Below are positions 1 to 9,699 of a stretch of 64,000 nt of DNA, piece after piece. A program made the translations under genes and the position numbers. Each line of letters begins with the position of its first letter. Within the stretch, counting starts at the first letter, position 1. Source of the stretch: an uncultured virus (IMG/VR IMGVR_UViG_3300033463_000107) (Duplodnaviria > Heunggongvirae > Uroviricota > Caudoviricetes). The stretch lies in the IMG/VR virus record IMGVR_UViG_3300033463_000107; one strand, 5' to 3'. The notes below the pieces were generated by a model. It was not told where the DNA came from. It did not search any database and saw only the letters and a list, made by a program, of their open reading frames with translations.

Positions 1-325
1 CACCGTGTTGGTGGAAGGCTGAAATAGTTTCCGCCCCATATAATCTGGTTCTTTGAAACACGGAATAGTTCGTCAAAATATTCCTGATTCGGTGCAATGT
101 CCCAATCAACAATCTTTCTTCCATACCTTTCCGCCCACTGACCACCACGTCTTTCTACTTTTTTATACCTATCAAATCGCTGTCCGAATCTCGCCCCCCC
201 ACCTATATCAGAATTCGCACCGCCGTATGGAGGATCTACAATAGCGAGATCAAAGAACCCGTCTGGAAATTCTTTCATCGCTTCCATACAATCGGCGCAA
301 TAAAAACCCGAACGTTCGTATTTAT

Positions 326-1489
326 TCATGGTTTCCTCCAAACCCACATTGGTTCAATAAACGTTTGTCCTTCATGACCGGCCGCTTTGCTGTTCGGGCG
401 CTTTGACATTTTCATACCAATGCACCCGACATATTCACCGCCAAGATGCGCTATGTGATCATTCATCGGATCGCAAATCTTGTTAATCCTGTGTCCGGAA
501 TAAACGTCTGATATGTTCACCACCATGTTTCCGCCATTCTGAAGGGCATTCCACGCGTTCTCGACGGCTGGGAATAGAAATCCACTTAACCACTTGTCTA
601 TGCCCTTATATCGTTTGTAGGACTGCGTATCGTCGTCCGAATAACGTTCGACATTGAAGTAAGGTGGCGATGTGAATACAGTGTCTACGGACGCCTTTTC
701 CAGCCGCACCTCTTCTGCTGGCATGCAGATCATTGAAGCCGACTTTCCTTCAACATGTTTCCCGTACTCTGCGATCTGGTTTTCGTACCCATGTGTAAGG
801 GAGCTGTTCGGGTCAATTCCTACATAGTGCGCTGTATTTTTTGCTGCATAGAATCCACACAGCCTGTCACCCCAGCCGGACGAAAAGTCAAGAACATATC
901 TTGATCCGAACTTCTCGTAAACAGATTTAGCGACAGCTGGTTTAAATTGCGATGCAACATATTTCCGAAGGCACAGACACGTTCGCAGTGTTGACATGTT
1001 TATCTGCTGATGATTCATCGTGAACAACGATTTCAATGCACCACGCAGGAAGATCCTGTTCGACCACGTTCGTGCTGGTGACGGTGAGTTAACGCTTCCA
1101 CATTTGAACCTGTTTTCCTGATGAAAATAATCGCTTGCTATGTTCCCAACGTTTGATTCGCTGATGTACTTGTCAAGCATCTTGTATTTGTACTCATATC
1201 TGGAATAAACAGGACCATACTGGTAATCATTACATTCATAGGCAAGCAGTTCATAGAAGCTGTCTACCATGTCACGATAAGAGATCTGCCTGAGCGGAAG
1301 AACAATATTTCCGCTCAGGATCTCTTCGGAAAAGTCATCAATAATTCGAGCCTGCGTATTGTTTTGCCTTATCACGGACCATTCTTCAGGGCTGATATTT
1401 ACATTCCCGTCTGTAATAAATGGCGTGATGATGTTCTGTGCATGATTGTTTTCAAGCAGCGAATCAAAGAAGGACAGCTGATATGTCAT
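326..1489 (-). CDS. DNA amino-methyltransferase (N4C/N6A type)
   Basis: SAM-binding motif VLDFSSGWG followed by catalytic FTSPPY. Confidence 0.8.
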   Translation of the reverse strand: MTYQLSFFDSLLENNHAQNIITPFITDGNVNISPEEWSVIRQNNTQARIIDDFSEEILSGNIVLPLRQISYRDMVDSFYELLAYECNDYQYGPVYSRYEYKYKMLDKYISESNVGNIASDYFHQENRFKCGSVNSPSPARTWSNRIFLRGALKSLFTMNHQQINMSTLRTCLCLRKYVASQFKPAVAKSVYEKFGSRYVLDFSSGWGDRLCGFYAAKNTAHYVGIDPNSSLTHGYENQIAEYGKHVEGKSASMICMPAEEVRLEKASVDTVFTSPPYFNVERYSDDDTQSYKRYKGIDKWLSGFLFPAVENAWNALQNGGNMVVNISDVYSGHRINKICDPMNDHIAHLGGEYVGCIGMKMSKRPNSKAAGHEGQTFIEPMWVWRKP

Positions 1490-1495
1490 TCAGCT

Positions 1496-2566
1496 TCACC
1501 CCGCGACACGTACAGGAAGCGCAAGCCGGATGCCATTCTGGTCTTTTCCGTGGATTACGCACGGTGATGTTGGCGTGTTGAATTGCATAATCGCGTTTTC
1601 GCAATCAATGGACGCGAAAGCATCCGTCAGGTACTTCTGGTTAAAGGCGATAGTCAGTCCGTTTCCGTGCGTATCGCATTCAACATCCGCTTCGTAATCA
1701 ACCTGTTCGCTGTTGCTTGAAACCTTCATCACGTTTCCGTTCACAGTGATTTTTACAAGGTTGCTTTTGTTATTCAGTACGCTGCTGCTCCGCAGCGCAG
1801 TCCTGATCTGTTCAACGTTGACTATGCATTCGGTTTTGAATTCGTTTGGAATAATTCTTGCAACATCAGGGAACTCACCGACAAGCAATCCGCATGTAAT
1901 CTTCATACCGTCCGTGCTGGCTTCTATGCGCTTTTCGTCCGTAACAATCTTGACCGTTTCACCGGCGGCAATACTGCTTTGGATCAGTTTCATAAATCCG
2001 GCAGGGATAATCACCTTCATCGGATCGCCATCGCAGGCAACCGTTTCGACCGCCATTCTGAATCCGTCCAGTGACGTCATACGCAATCCGTATTCGTCCA
2101 CTTCAGTCAGTACGCCCGTAAGCTGGATCCTGCTCTGGTCGCTGGATATTGCATGAAGGACGGACGTATACGCACTTGAAAAATCTTCGGCTTTCACCAG
2201 AACAGTAGGATTTTCACCGTCCAATGAAACATATTCAGGGACTTCAGCTTTCACAATAGGAAGCCGTGTCCTGCCGTTTCCTTTAATTACACAGAACTTT
2301 CCTTCAGTGAGAATGGTTATGTCCCCTGTGCAGATGGAGCAAGCCTTTGCAAACATAGATCCATCAATGCAGAATTTTTCTTCTTCGGTTCCAAGCAGAG
2401 GCGTATATGTGGTGGCCGCACACTGACCGTCTGTTCCACGGATAGTAAATACATTGTTGCCTGTAGAAATTTCGATGTTTCCAAATTTCAGCACACGTTC
2501 ATCAATGCACTGGCTTACCGTTTTCATCATTCTGTTCAGTTCCGAACTGTGAATCTTAATATTCAT
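1496..2566 (-). CDS. dnaN: DNA polymerase III beta sliding clamp
   Basis: 356 aa; SRIQLTGV, SLDGFRMA, GEFPDVARIIP, IAFNQKYL and C-terminal LALPVR match the beta-clamp pattern. Confidence 0.9.
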   Translation of the reverse strand: MNIKIHSSELNRMMKTVSQCIDERVLKFGNIEISTGNNVFTIRGTDGQCAATTYTPLLGTEEEKFCIDGSMFAKACSICTGDITILTEGKFCVIKGNGRTRLPIVKAEVPEYVSLDGENPTVLVKAEDFSSAYTSVLHAISSDQSRIQLTGVLTEVDEYGLRMTSLDGFRMAVETVACDGDPMKVIIPAGFMKLIQSSIAAGETVKIVTDEKRIEASTDGMKITCGLLVGEFPDVARIIPNEFKTECIVNVEQIRTALRSSSVLNNKSNLVKITVNGNVMKVSSNSEQVDYEADVECDTHGNGLTIAFNQKYLTDAFASIDCENAIMQFNTPTSPCVIHGKDQNGIRLALPVRVAG

Positions 2567-2611
2567 TGTGGTATATTAACCTCGTTTCGTAATAATGATT
2601 GGCATAAAAAA

Positions 2612-2860
2612 TCAGTCACAGGAACTGCCGATATTCAGGTAAGCAAATTCGTTGTCGTACCACAACCCGTACACGCCGTATCCGTTGTGCCACACCGTGG
2701 CGATCCCGTTGTTCCTATCGTCGAGCATCTGCAGCAGTTTCTCTTTCGACTCGCCGTGTTCCATGCTCTTCAGTTCCGACAGTTCATTGTTCCGGAACCC
2801 TCCGATCCGCTTGGTCCTCATCCCGGCCCGTCCGCTTGGGATTTCACTGATTTCCAATTT
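2612..2860 (-). CDS. hypothetical protein
   Basis: ORF with GTG start after AAAGGAGG. Confidence 0.55.
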   Translation of the reverse strand, partial: KLEISEIPSGRAGMRTKRIGGFRNNELSELKSMEHGESKEKLLQMLDDRNNGIATVWHNGYGVYGLWYDNEFAYLNIGSSCD

Positions 2861-3119
2861 CACGCCTGATCCTCCTTTCGTCGTCAAGATAGTCGAACAC
2901 GCCGATCAGCAGTCCGACGATCAATTTGTTCTCGCCCTGGCTGACGCTGGCTTCCGTCACGTCCTTGGTTGTCTGCTCCCACCACTCCGGCGTATCCTCC
3001 GGTGGGAAATGTTTGTTCAGAAAATCAAAAGCACATCGGAATGCCTTCTGATGTTTCTGCACGTACTGTTCCGGAGTCAGAATGTCCGTCATCCGGTATC
3101 ACCTTTTTCTCTCGTCATA
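2844..3119 (-). CDS. hypothetical protein
   Basis: ORF in operon orientation; AAGGAGG RBS before an ATG at about 3119; true start uncertain (3092 in the ORF track). Confidence 0.5.
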
Positions 3120-3188
3120 TGACGCCTCCTTATTTTTATGTGTATTTATTCTACCACATATTGTGGTTTTTGAAAACTTAAAAAACTG

Positions 3189-3497
3189 TTACGTTTCGTC
3201 TGTTTCAATGCTTTCGATATGGCTGATCCATGCTTCAAACTTATCCAATGCCTGCCGGAAGGTTTTTCCGTCAAAGGTAATGTGCCGCCCGTTCACCAGC
3301 AGGTAGCAATGCAGTTCGATCTCAACAAACGACACGTCCCGTACGCTGTCAGCTTCAAAGATATTGTCGAAGCAGATACGAACGTCCACGGCACCCTCGT
3401 AGGATTTGTGATACCCGTCGTCAATCTTTCGGATCAGGTCAAACACACGCTGCCGCAGACCGTAGAACCGTTCCCATTCTTTATCAGTAAAAATCAT
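3189..3497 (-). CDS. hypothetical protein
   Basis: ORF with GGAGG RBS. Confidence 0.7.
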   Translation of the reverse strand: MIFTDKEWERFYGLRQRVFDLIRKIDDGYHKSYEGAVDVRICFDNIFEADSVRDVSFVEIELHCYLLVNGRHITFDGKTFRQALDKFEAWISHIESIETDET

Positions 3498-3537
3498 AGT
3501 TGTCCTCCAGTTGTTTGGAATTTCAGAACAGTTGCCA

Positions 3538-3714
3538 TTAAGTGTCTTTCTGTTTCAAGTAATCAATGGCATTTTTCATTCCTTCATAGGTAAATGGGAA
3601 ATCAGGTATTGATATATGCTTAACCGTTTCAAATCCAAATATAACCATGCCGCCACGTTTTTCCACCCGTGATGCCATCCTCTTCCATCGTGCTTTTTTA
3701 TATGCTTTTCTCAT
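3538..3714 (-). CDS. small hypothetical protein (58 aa, MRKAYKKARW...)
   Basis: Read manually; fills the gap between junction sites at 3524-3543 and 3737-3756. Confidence 0.5.
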   Translation of the reverse strand: MRKAYKKARWKRMASRVEKRGGMVIFGFETVKHISIPDFPFTYEGMKNAIDYLKQKDT

Positions 3715-3755
3715 GCCTCATCTTCTGATTTGTTTCGTCACTTACCGCCTTTAAG

Positions 3756-3971
3756 TCATTCTCTCCATGTGTCGTAAAGTTCAATCTCGTAATCACACAT
3801 TCTGCCTTTTTCTGGTGTAAGTGTGTCTGGCTTACTTACAATTATTTCCGGTGCAAATTTCCCAAAGTCTTCCGTTTCAAGCAATGTTGTTATACACTCA
3901 TCCAAGTCGTTGTATTCCCTAACTTCTCCTTCTTCGCTCCATTGACTTGATCGTATTACGAAAACTTTCAT
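3756..3971 (-). CDS. hypothetical protein
   Basis: ORF with RBS; stop codon lies inside a junction motif. Confidence 0.65.
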   Translation of the reverse strand: MKVFVIRSSQWSEEGEVREYNDLDECITTLLETEDFGKFAPEIIVSKPDTLTPEKGRMCDYEIELYDTWRE

Positions 3972-4003
3972 GCATCCCCCTTGTGATTTAAATCGTCACT
4001 TCT

Positions 4004-4369
4004 TTACCACCGCATATAGATACATTCCAATGGGATGTCGCAGTTCCATCCCCACTCGCGCTGTTCTACAATCCATTGCATGATGCTCTGCAACGCTTCC
4101 AGCGAGGACGCAATGCCGCCCCATCCGTTGTCCGGCTCCAAGTCTTTGTATGCCAGCTTATTGAACTGAAGTTCATGGATGCCACGTTCAATGTACGGAA
4201 TGACTTCCAGAAGTGGATACCATTCGCCCTGATGGTAGTCCCATCCCATGCTCTTCACGAAGATGTCCCGGTTATTGTAGGTCGGGCTGTGTCTTTCTGG
4301 CTCCCCGATCACTGCATACTTGTCTTCCGCGCCAACAACCTTCACGCCGAAGCGGATATCATAACTCAT
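4004..4369 (-). CDS. hypothetical phage protein (PTYN...NGWG motif)
   Basis: ORF with AAGGAGG RBS. Confidence 0.7.
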   Translation of the reverse strand: MSYDIRFGVKVVGAEDKYAVIGEPERHSPTYNNRDIFVKSMGWDYHQGEWYPLLEVIPYIERGIHELQFNKLAYKDLEPDNGWGGIASSLEALQSIMQWIVEQREWGWNCDIPLECIYMRW

Positions 4370-4381
4370 AATTATCCTCCT

Positions 4382-5239
4382 TTACCATTTCACAGGTTTT
4401 CCACACTCATGGCAGTACTTCTGTTGCGGTACAATCAGCACCGTCCCGCATGCACCGCACAGGGTAAAATCCTTAGATTTTTTTACTGGGACGCCTGTTA
4501 CTTTTTTTCGCTGAAACCGTCCATACTCGCAATCTTCCCATGGAATGTCTTTGTACTCCTGTACCCGTGGATCCGCAAAGTAATTCTTCAGTCCGCGACC
4601 GGCAAAGTGCAAGATCTTCGGCGTCCCGTTGTCCCGTGATCTTGGCGTCGTCCCGTCGTAATTCATCACGCCGGAGTTGTAGATCCCGTTCAGCAGGTAG
4701 ATCCGCCCTTCGCACAGATGGTTAATGCAGTCCTGTTCCGGATAGGCGAACTTCCTTGTGTTCAGTGCGTCAATCAGCTTGTCGTCCATACCGTCCTTCC
4801 GAAGCTGGTCAAGGTTCAGGAGCATCACCCCACCGTTGATGTAGATGTTGTCATTTGTGACCAGCGGAAGATCCAGCGCACCGGCGACATAGTTTCTGCC
4901 CATTGGTGTATCCCATAGTTTGGATATGTCCCCTACCACCAGCGTGTCTACGTCAATTGACAGGATCCGATCCATATCCGGAAACAGTTTCGTCAGCGCA
5001 GCGCGCATCAGTACGACCCACGACCATCCGGTACCGTAGTTCGGCCCGCCTTCATGAAACCATGTCTGTCCGGAAATGTTCCGGCACTCCACGCGTTCCG
5101 GTAATTCAAACCCAATATCGTCGTCCTCGATCAGCAGGTACACCTTGTCAACGTCTGAATTGCATAACAGACTTTTCAGCGACGGAAAGATGTTCTTGTA
5201 GTAGTTCCTTGTCATCAGGTAGCATGCGAATTTTCTCAT
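4382..5239 (-). CDS. glycosyltransferase family 8 with C-terminal zinc ribbon
   Basis: RILSIDVDTLV (DxD), YINGGVMLLNL, EQDCIN, ILHFAG; C-terminal CGACG...YCHECG; start reassigned to MRKFAC. Confidence 0.85.
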   Translation of the reverse strand: MRKFACYLMTRNYYKNIFPSLKSLLCNSDVDKVYLLIEDDDIGFELPERVECRNISGQTWFHEGGPNYGTGWSWVVLMRAALTKLFPDMDRILSIDVDTLVVGDISKLWDTPMGRNYVAGALDLPLVTNDNIYINGGVMLLNLDQLRKDGMDDKLIDALNTRKFAYPEQDCINHLCEGRIYLLNGIYNSGVMNYDGTTPRSRDNGTPKILHFAGRGLKNYFADPRVQEYKDIPWEDCEYGRFQRKKVTGVPVKKSKDFTLCGACGTVLIVPQQKYCHECGKPVKW

Positions 5240-5244
5240 AGCAC

Positions 5245-5871
5245 TTATCCTTTCATATCGAATATTGAAATCTGCCCCTTTACCAAGTTTTGTCTGTTCC
5301 ATGTCGGATAATATTCTGTAGCAAGTTTTACCCCGTTCACCCATTTGCAGAACACCAGTTTCTTGCACACTTTTTTACGTTCAAACACGTTATTTATTCC
5401 GTGCTGGTGCATCTTTGTACTTCCTGAAGTCTCTCCAACATACGTCCAATTGTCCGCCTTGTATAAGGCGCCTTTACGATTGTCATTTTCAATGATAAAT
5501 GTTTCAAATCCAGCGACTTCTACTCCGTATTCTTTTTTCCAGTCCACCTGTACTGTTCTACGCCACAGCGAAAGTATTTGTGTTCCGAGATTTGGAATGT
5601 TCTTTTCCAGCCTGAATACCGTATTGTCCACAATGCTGTTCAGTGCAATTCTTCTGTTTTCTTTGGTAATCCCAAAGAACTTATCACGGTCACCAACAGC
5701 ATATGCAGCAGATCCGGCTGAAATAATTCCAACCACTTCGTCATCCAGAAGAATCAGGTAATGTAACTGCTGACCAACGGCCCCGTTGTTGGGTATATAG
5801 TGCCTGTCTCTGATCTCTTTGTAATCCATGGACGTCGGTTTGCAACGACGAAGCTCAATATTGTATTTCAC
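5245..5871 (-). CDS. DUF4338/DruA-like (Mom-like) protein
   Basis: RHY...LHYLI...RDKFFG...DW...YG...ETF...GALYKADNWTYVGETSG resembles the DUF4338 pattern. Confidence 0.6.
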   Translation of the reverse strand: MKYNIELRRCKPTSMDYKEIRDRHYIPNNGAVGQQLHYLILLDDEVVGIISAGSAAYAVGDRDKFFGITKENRRIALNSIVDNTVFRLEKNIPNLGTQILSLWRRTVQVDWKKEYGVEVAGFETFIIENDNRKGALYKADNWTYVGETSGSTKMHQHGINNVFERKKVCKKLVFCKWVNGVKLATEYYPTWNRQNLVKGQISIFDMKG

Positions 5872-6199
5872 AATCGTTCTCCTTCATGCAGTCTGCAAAA
5901 CATCTTTCAGAAAATCTTCGTGCAGGATTTATAGTCTGAATCGCGTTGCAAAACCGTTCATTCCATGGTTCGTCAGCCGACTTTGGCGCGTATAAGTCAC
6001 GTTGCATTTCAAGCGCTTCCAGAATCTTGTCCGCCGTAAGAAATAAGTCGAACTTCATTCTTTCTACCCACTTGTCTATTTCTTCTACTTCACGACGTTC
6101 AGATAATGCTTTCTGTATTCTTTCATGTTCTTTGTTTTTACATTCATCGCTGTAATTTTTGGCACGTTCTATACGCTCGTTAATGTCGAGCTTCCTCAT
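5855..6199 (-). CDS. hypothetical protein
   Basis: ORF coupled to its neighbours. Confidence 0.65.
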   Translation of the reverse strand: MRKLDINERIERAKNYSDECKNKEHERIQKALSERREVEEIDKWVERMKFDLFLTADKILEALEMQRDLYAPKSADEPWNERFCNAIQTINPARRFSERCFADCMKENDCEIQY

Positions 6200-6567
6200 C
6201 TGTCACTACTAACCCCTTTTCGTATCTTCTGGCGGTTAAGTCGTCTCCAAATATTTGGTTTGCTGTTTTCTTCTTTTAATCCAAGGTTAAATTCATCATT
6301 GATCCACCACATAGCGTCCATATAAGAACACCCTTGAACGACACCTGTCACAAGGGATATGCAGTCACCGCCCTTGTGACAAACGAAGCAGTAATACCCA
6401 CGATTGCCTTCATACAGTTTCATGTTCCGGTCCTGCCCATGGTGGAACGGACAGCTGCATCTGTAATGGCGATCCACATTAAGTCCAAGCGCTTTGCCAA
6501 CTTCTATGGCAGAAACAGAATTCCTTACAATGTCGCACAGCTGTTTTGCATCCATCATTTTAATCAC
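6196..6567 (-). CDS. CHC2 zinc-finger protein (primase Zn-binding domain-like)
   Basis: CPFHH...YYCFVCHKGGD. Confidence 0.8.
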   Translation of the reverse strand: MIKMMDAKQLCDIVRNSVSAIEVGKALGLNVDRHYRCSCPFHHGQDRNMKLYEGNRGYYCFVCHKGGDCISLVTGVVQGCSYMDAMWWINDEFNLGLKEENSKPNIWRRLNRQKIRKGVSSDR

Positions 6568-6875
6568 ACATTTTCCTTATCTGCGGTATTTGAAATCATG
6601 TCGTCAATCGTCCAGCAGGCGTCTCGAATCCCGAAGCAGTAGTACATCCGATGAACAGTTCCTTCTGGATAGCTTTGCATCCGTTTGTTGGAAGTTTCTT
6701 CAATCTTTTTCCTTGCAGAAACCAGCGTATCCATATCGGATGCTTTGTCGTTGAACGCAAGGCTGATTGCATTCATCACGGCGTCTTGAATGGTGGATGC
6801 TTCAGCAAATTGCATGTACTTCATAATCTCGCTAAATTGTTCATTGGAGAACATAATGCTTATACTGTCGTTCAT
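6564..6875 (-). CDS. hypothetical protein
   Basis: AAGGAG RBS before MNDSIS. Confidence 0.65.
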   Translation of the reverse strand: MNDSISIMFSNEQFSEIMKYMQFAEASTIQDAVMNAISLAFNDKASDMDTLVSARKKIEETSNKRMQSYPEGTVHRMYYCFGIRDACWTIDDMISNTADKENV

Positions 6876-6926
6876 ATTTTCTCCTTCCACTGGTGTACAC
6901 CGTTGTACACTATTGCCGCCTTTAAG

Positions 6927-7316
6927 TTACACATCGCCAGCCGGATAATAACCGCCTAAAACATTGTCACGTTCTGCAAATCCAAACTGTAATCTGATTT
7001 CCCTTTCTACATCTGCTAATGCTTTCATATATCCTTTGTGCCATTTCGTGTCTATGACCTTATAATCTTTCCCGTTGTTATACCAGAAACTCGGCATATC
7101 ATAGGCATTATGAAGTCCTAAATCTGCAAGCACTCTGTCCACCGTATTGAACCGTTCAAGGACTTCTGCGTTTACGTTTGACAATGGTTCTACCTGTGCA
7201 TAAGCGTTTTCAAATTCTGAATCTGTTCTAATTTTTCCGTCTTTTTTGCATACCTTTGCAATAGCACAACCGATGCCATAATCATCAGGAATATCAAAGA
7301 TTGCTATATATTTCAT
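6927..7316 (-). CDS. hypothetical protein
   Basis: GGAGG RBS, ATGA overlap with upstream gene, AT-rich. Confidence 0.65.
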   Translation of the reverse strand: MKYIAIFDIPDDYGIGCAIAKVCKKDGKIRTDSEFENAYAQVEPLSNVNAEVLERFNTVDRVLADLGLHNAYDMPSFWYNNGKDYKVIDTKWHKGYMKALADVEREIRLQFGFAERDNVLGGYYPAGDV

Positions 7317-7609
7317 GTCCGTTCCTCCCATAAATGGCAGTATCCATCTTTCGGCAACGTGTAATGTTCCTGTATCGGGCATCTTGTCCCGTTTGCCAGA
7401 TTGTCAGCGTTCCTTTTGCAAGCGGCACAAACATGAATCTTATTCTCTTTCGCCCATGCTTCATACAGGTCAATCGTGTCGAAAATGTACTTCAGAGCTG
7501 TATCTATTGCTTCATTTTCCGTTGTCATACGGATTGTTGTTTCCAAATCGTCTGTGCCCATCCTCGTTCTCAATTTCTTGAGGACTTCAGCCGCTTCCCA
7601 TATCTGCAT
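7313..7609 (-). CDS. hypothetical Cys-motif protein
   Basis: CAAC...C...DGYCHLW; AAGGAGG RBS. Confidence 0.65.
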   Translation of the reverse strand: MQIWEAAEVLKKLRTRMGTDDLETTIRMTTENEAIDTALKYIFDTIDLYEAWAKENKIHVCAACKRNADNLANGTRCPIQEHYTLPKDGYCHLWEERT

Positions 7610-7656
7610 TTTGTTCCTCCTTCTGTAACTTATTCGGTCAACATCTGTCCTTTAAG

Positions 7657-7932
7657 TCACACAATGCTTTCCTTTATTCGGTTAACACGTTGCAAGCAGG
7701 TGTAAGCAAGTCCGGCAACAATCCGTGCATCATCACAAATGCAATTTGCTTCCTTTGGCTTATCCCCTTCGTCACGCTGTCCAATTACAATTGCTTCAAA
7801 ATCACACAGTACAGCTTGCATTTCCATTAGAACCTTTTTTGCTTCTTGAATATCATTTTTTATTGATCTGATTCTTACTTCTTCTGCTTCGCAAAGTGTA
7901 GATTCTCTCGCACAATAGTCCATCATTCTCAT
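7657..7932 (-). CDS. hypothetical protein
   Basis: ORF with GGAGG RBS. Confidence 0.65.
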   Translation of the reverse strand: MRMMDYCARESTLCEAEEVRIRSIKNDIQEAKKVLMEMQAVLCDFEAIVIGQRDEGDKPKEANCICDDARIVAGLAYTCLQRVNRIKESIV

Positions 7933-8211
7933 TTCCTCCGTAACTTATTTATTCACTTGAAAAATGAATTAATTGCCGTCAAAAGTGTCGCAACCATAAT
8001 CATAACTATGCATATCGTCATCCCTGTCACGCACATTTCTATATGTGCTAACATTTCTATGACCTGTTCCATTTCGTCACCGCCTAAACGTTTATTTATT
8101 CATATTCGTATCTTTAAATATTTTTGTGAATTTACTGTAAAATCGGTTCCCAACTGACCATAGTCTTGTGAAGGGCGAAAACCCTATCACATTAAGAAAG
8201 GGTGTACCACT

Positions 8212-8424
8212 ATGAAAAACCATTCTCCCGTTGCCTATGCCGTTGCCGTCTGGACAGGTCGCCGTTATATCTATTTCGGCGGTTACGTTGACGACAAGCA
8301 AGCGATTACCCTGTACCCGTGCTGCGCTAAAATGTACGCACGCGAGGAAGAAGCAAAGGCGTGCGCCGACTTCCTGGATTCCGACAACCCCTGGGAAGTC
8401 GTCCCCATGTATGAAACCGATTGA
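8212..8424 (+). CDS. moron-like small protein on the opposite strand
   Basis: AAGAAAGGG RBS; followed by a GAGGGGG-CCCCCTC-T-run terminator. Confidence 0.55.
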   Translation: MKNHSPVAYAVAVWTGRRYIYFGGYVDDKQAITLYPCCAKMYAREEEAKACADFLDSDNPWEVVPMYETD

Positions 8425-8429
8425 CCTTT

Positions 8430-8455
8430 TGAGGGGGCTTCCCCCCTCTCTTTTT
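8430..8455 (+). terminator. intrinsic terminator
   Basis: gagggggcttcccccctctc followed by ttttt. Confidence 0.65.
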
Positions 8456-9149
8456 ACATCAGCTCGAATATCGTTACTTGCGCCTTTTCCGCTTGCAGCC
8501 GCTCTGTTGCCTTCTCGTAATATTCCCTGTCAATCTCGAACCCCCATGCGTCATATCCGGCGCGATGACAGGCAATAAGGCTTGAAGCAGATCCGGCGTG
8601 CGTGTCAAGTATCTTGAACCCTTTCTCTGCGTAATTGGTCAGCAGCCACGAATACAGGGATACGGGTTTCTGTGTCGGATGAAAACGGTCTTCTTTGTCT
8701 TTCATGTTCCCCTGAAGCATCCCGTTCCATATGAACCTGTATATCCGCGCAACCCCCATTCCGTTTGACATCCAGGCGTATTCACAATCGGAGAAGTCGT
8801 TTTTCATGTTGTCATATACCCTCTTGTCCCACACGACAAACGATTTTGACGGCGGCAGCATATCTGCAAAATAGTTGCCACCCCACACGATCTGGTTTTT
8901 CGATACCCTGAACAGCTCTTCAAAGTATTCCTTGCCCGGTTTCACGTCCCATTCCGCATGCTTCCTATAGTCCCGCCTGTTTGCTGCCGCGTAGCCGTGC
9001 GTTCTTATAGCCCCGCTTTTCGTGTAGTTCATAGACATGCAGCCAATCCCGTACGGAGGATCCACTATCGCCAGGTCAAAAAAACTGTCCGGGAATTCCT
9101 TCATTGCTTCCATGCAATCTGCGTTGTACAGACCCGGATTTTCGTACAT
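8454..9149 (-). CDS. N4/N6 DNA methyltransferase (beta class)
   Basis: DLAIVDPPYG, HPTQKPV, ILDTHAGSAS. Confidence 0.9.
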   Translation of the reverse strand: MYENPGLYNADCMEAMKEFPDSFFDLAIVDPPYGIGCMSMNYTKSGAIRTHGYAAANRRDYRKHAEWDVKPGKEYFEELFRVSKNQIVWGGNYFADMLPPSKSFVVWDKRVYDNMKNDFSDCEYAWMSNGMGVARIYRFIWNGMLQGNMKDKEDRFHPTQKPVSLYSWLLTNYAEKGFKILDTHAGSASSLIACHRAGYDAWGFEIDREYYEKATERLQAEKAQVTIFELM

Positions 9150-9189
9150 ACTTACCGCATCACCGCCCTTAATGATCTATAGCCGCCAA

Positions 9190-9390
9190 TTAGTTTGAAC
9201 GTTCCCCGTCAGCACAGAACCAATCTGCATCAACACAACGCATCAACCGTCCACAGAAGAATCTCGTCTTTACTGATTCATCAATAAACTTGCAATCCTT
9301 GCATAAAACCAAAGGTCGCATATCAATTTCAACCTCTGTGCCTTTGTTTTTGCTTATAGGAATCATTACCCACGCTTTCGCTTCAGCCAT
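9190..9390 (-). CDS. small Cys-rich phage protein
   Basis: CKDCK...DWFCADGER. Confidence 0.65.
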   Translation of the reverse strand: MAEAKAWVMIPISKNKGTEVEIDMRPLVLCKDCKFIDESVKTRFFCGRLMRCVDADWFCADGERSN

Positions 9391-9664
9391 CGTCTTTCCT
9401 TTCTCCGTCTGCACAAAACCAATCCGGTTTGTGAATTCCATACCCATCGCAGTAAACTGTCTTGTCTACACATTCCCCGTTATTCCATTCCTCATACTGC
9501 CCGTGTTTGCAATCCTTGCACCGCACTACATCAAAGCCGGAATGGTCTGTCATCACTTGCAGAAAGTCAATAACGTGTTCAATGTCCGTTTCAAAATTCT
9601 CATTTTGCTCAAACATCGCTTCGTGTGCCGCTGATAGTAATAGTTCCGTTGATATTACTTTCAT
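9383..9664 (-). CDS. small Cys-rich phage protein (shares its C-terminal motif with the adjacent gene)
   Basis: VVRCKDCKH...DWFCADGERK. Confidence 0.7.
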   Translation of the reverse strand: MKVISTELLLSAAHEAMFEQNENFETDIEHVIDFLQVMTDHSGFDVVRCKDCKHGQYEEWNNGECVDKTVYCDGYGIHKPDWFCADGERKDDG

Positions 9665-9699
9665 TTTGCCCTTCTTTCGCTTTAATTGCCGCCTTTAAA

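Noticed and set aside
1..325. ORF 53-244 or a genome terminus/origin
   Set aside because: No RBS, motif or iteron pattern that I can support.
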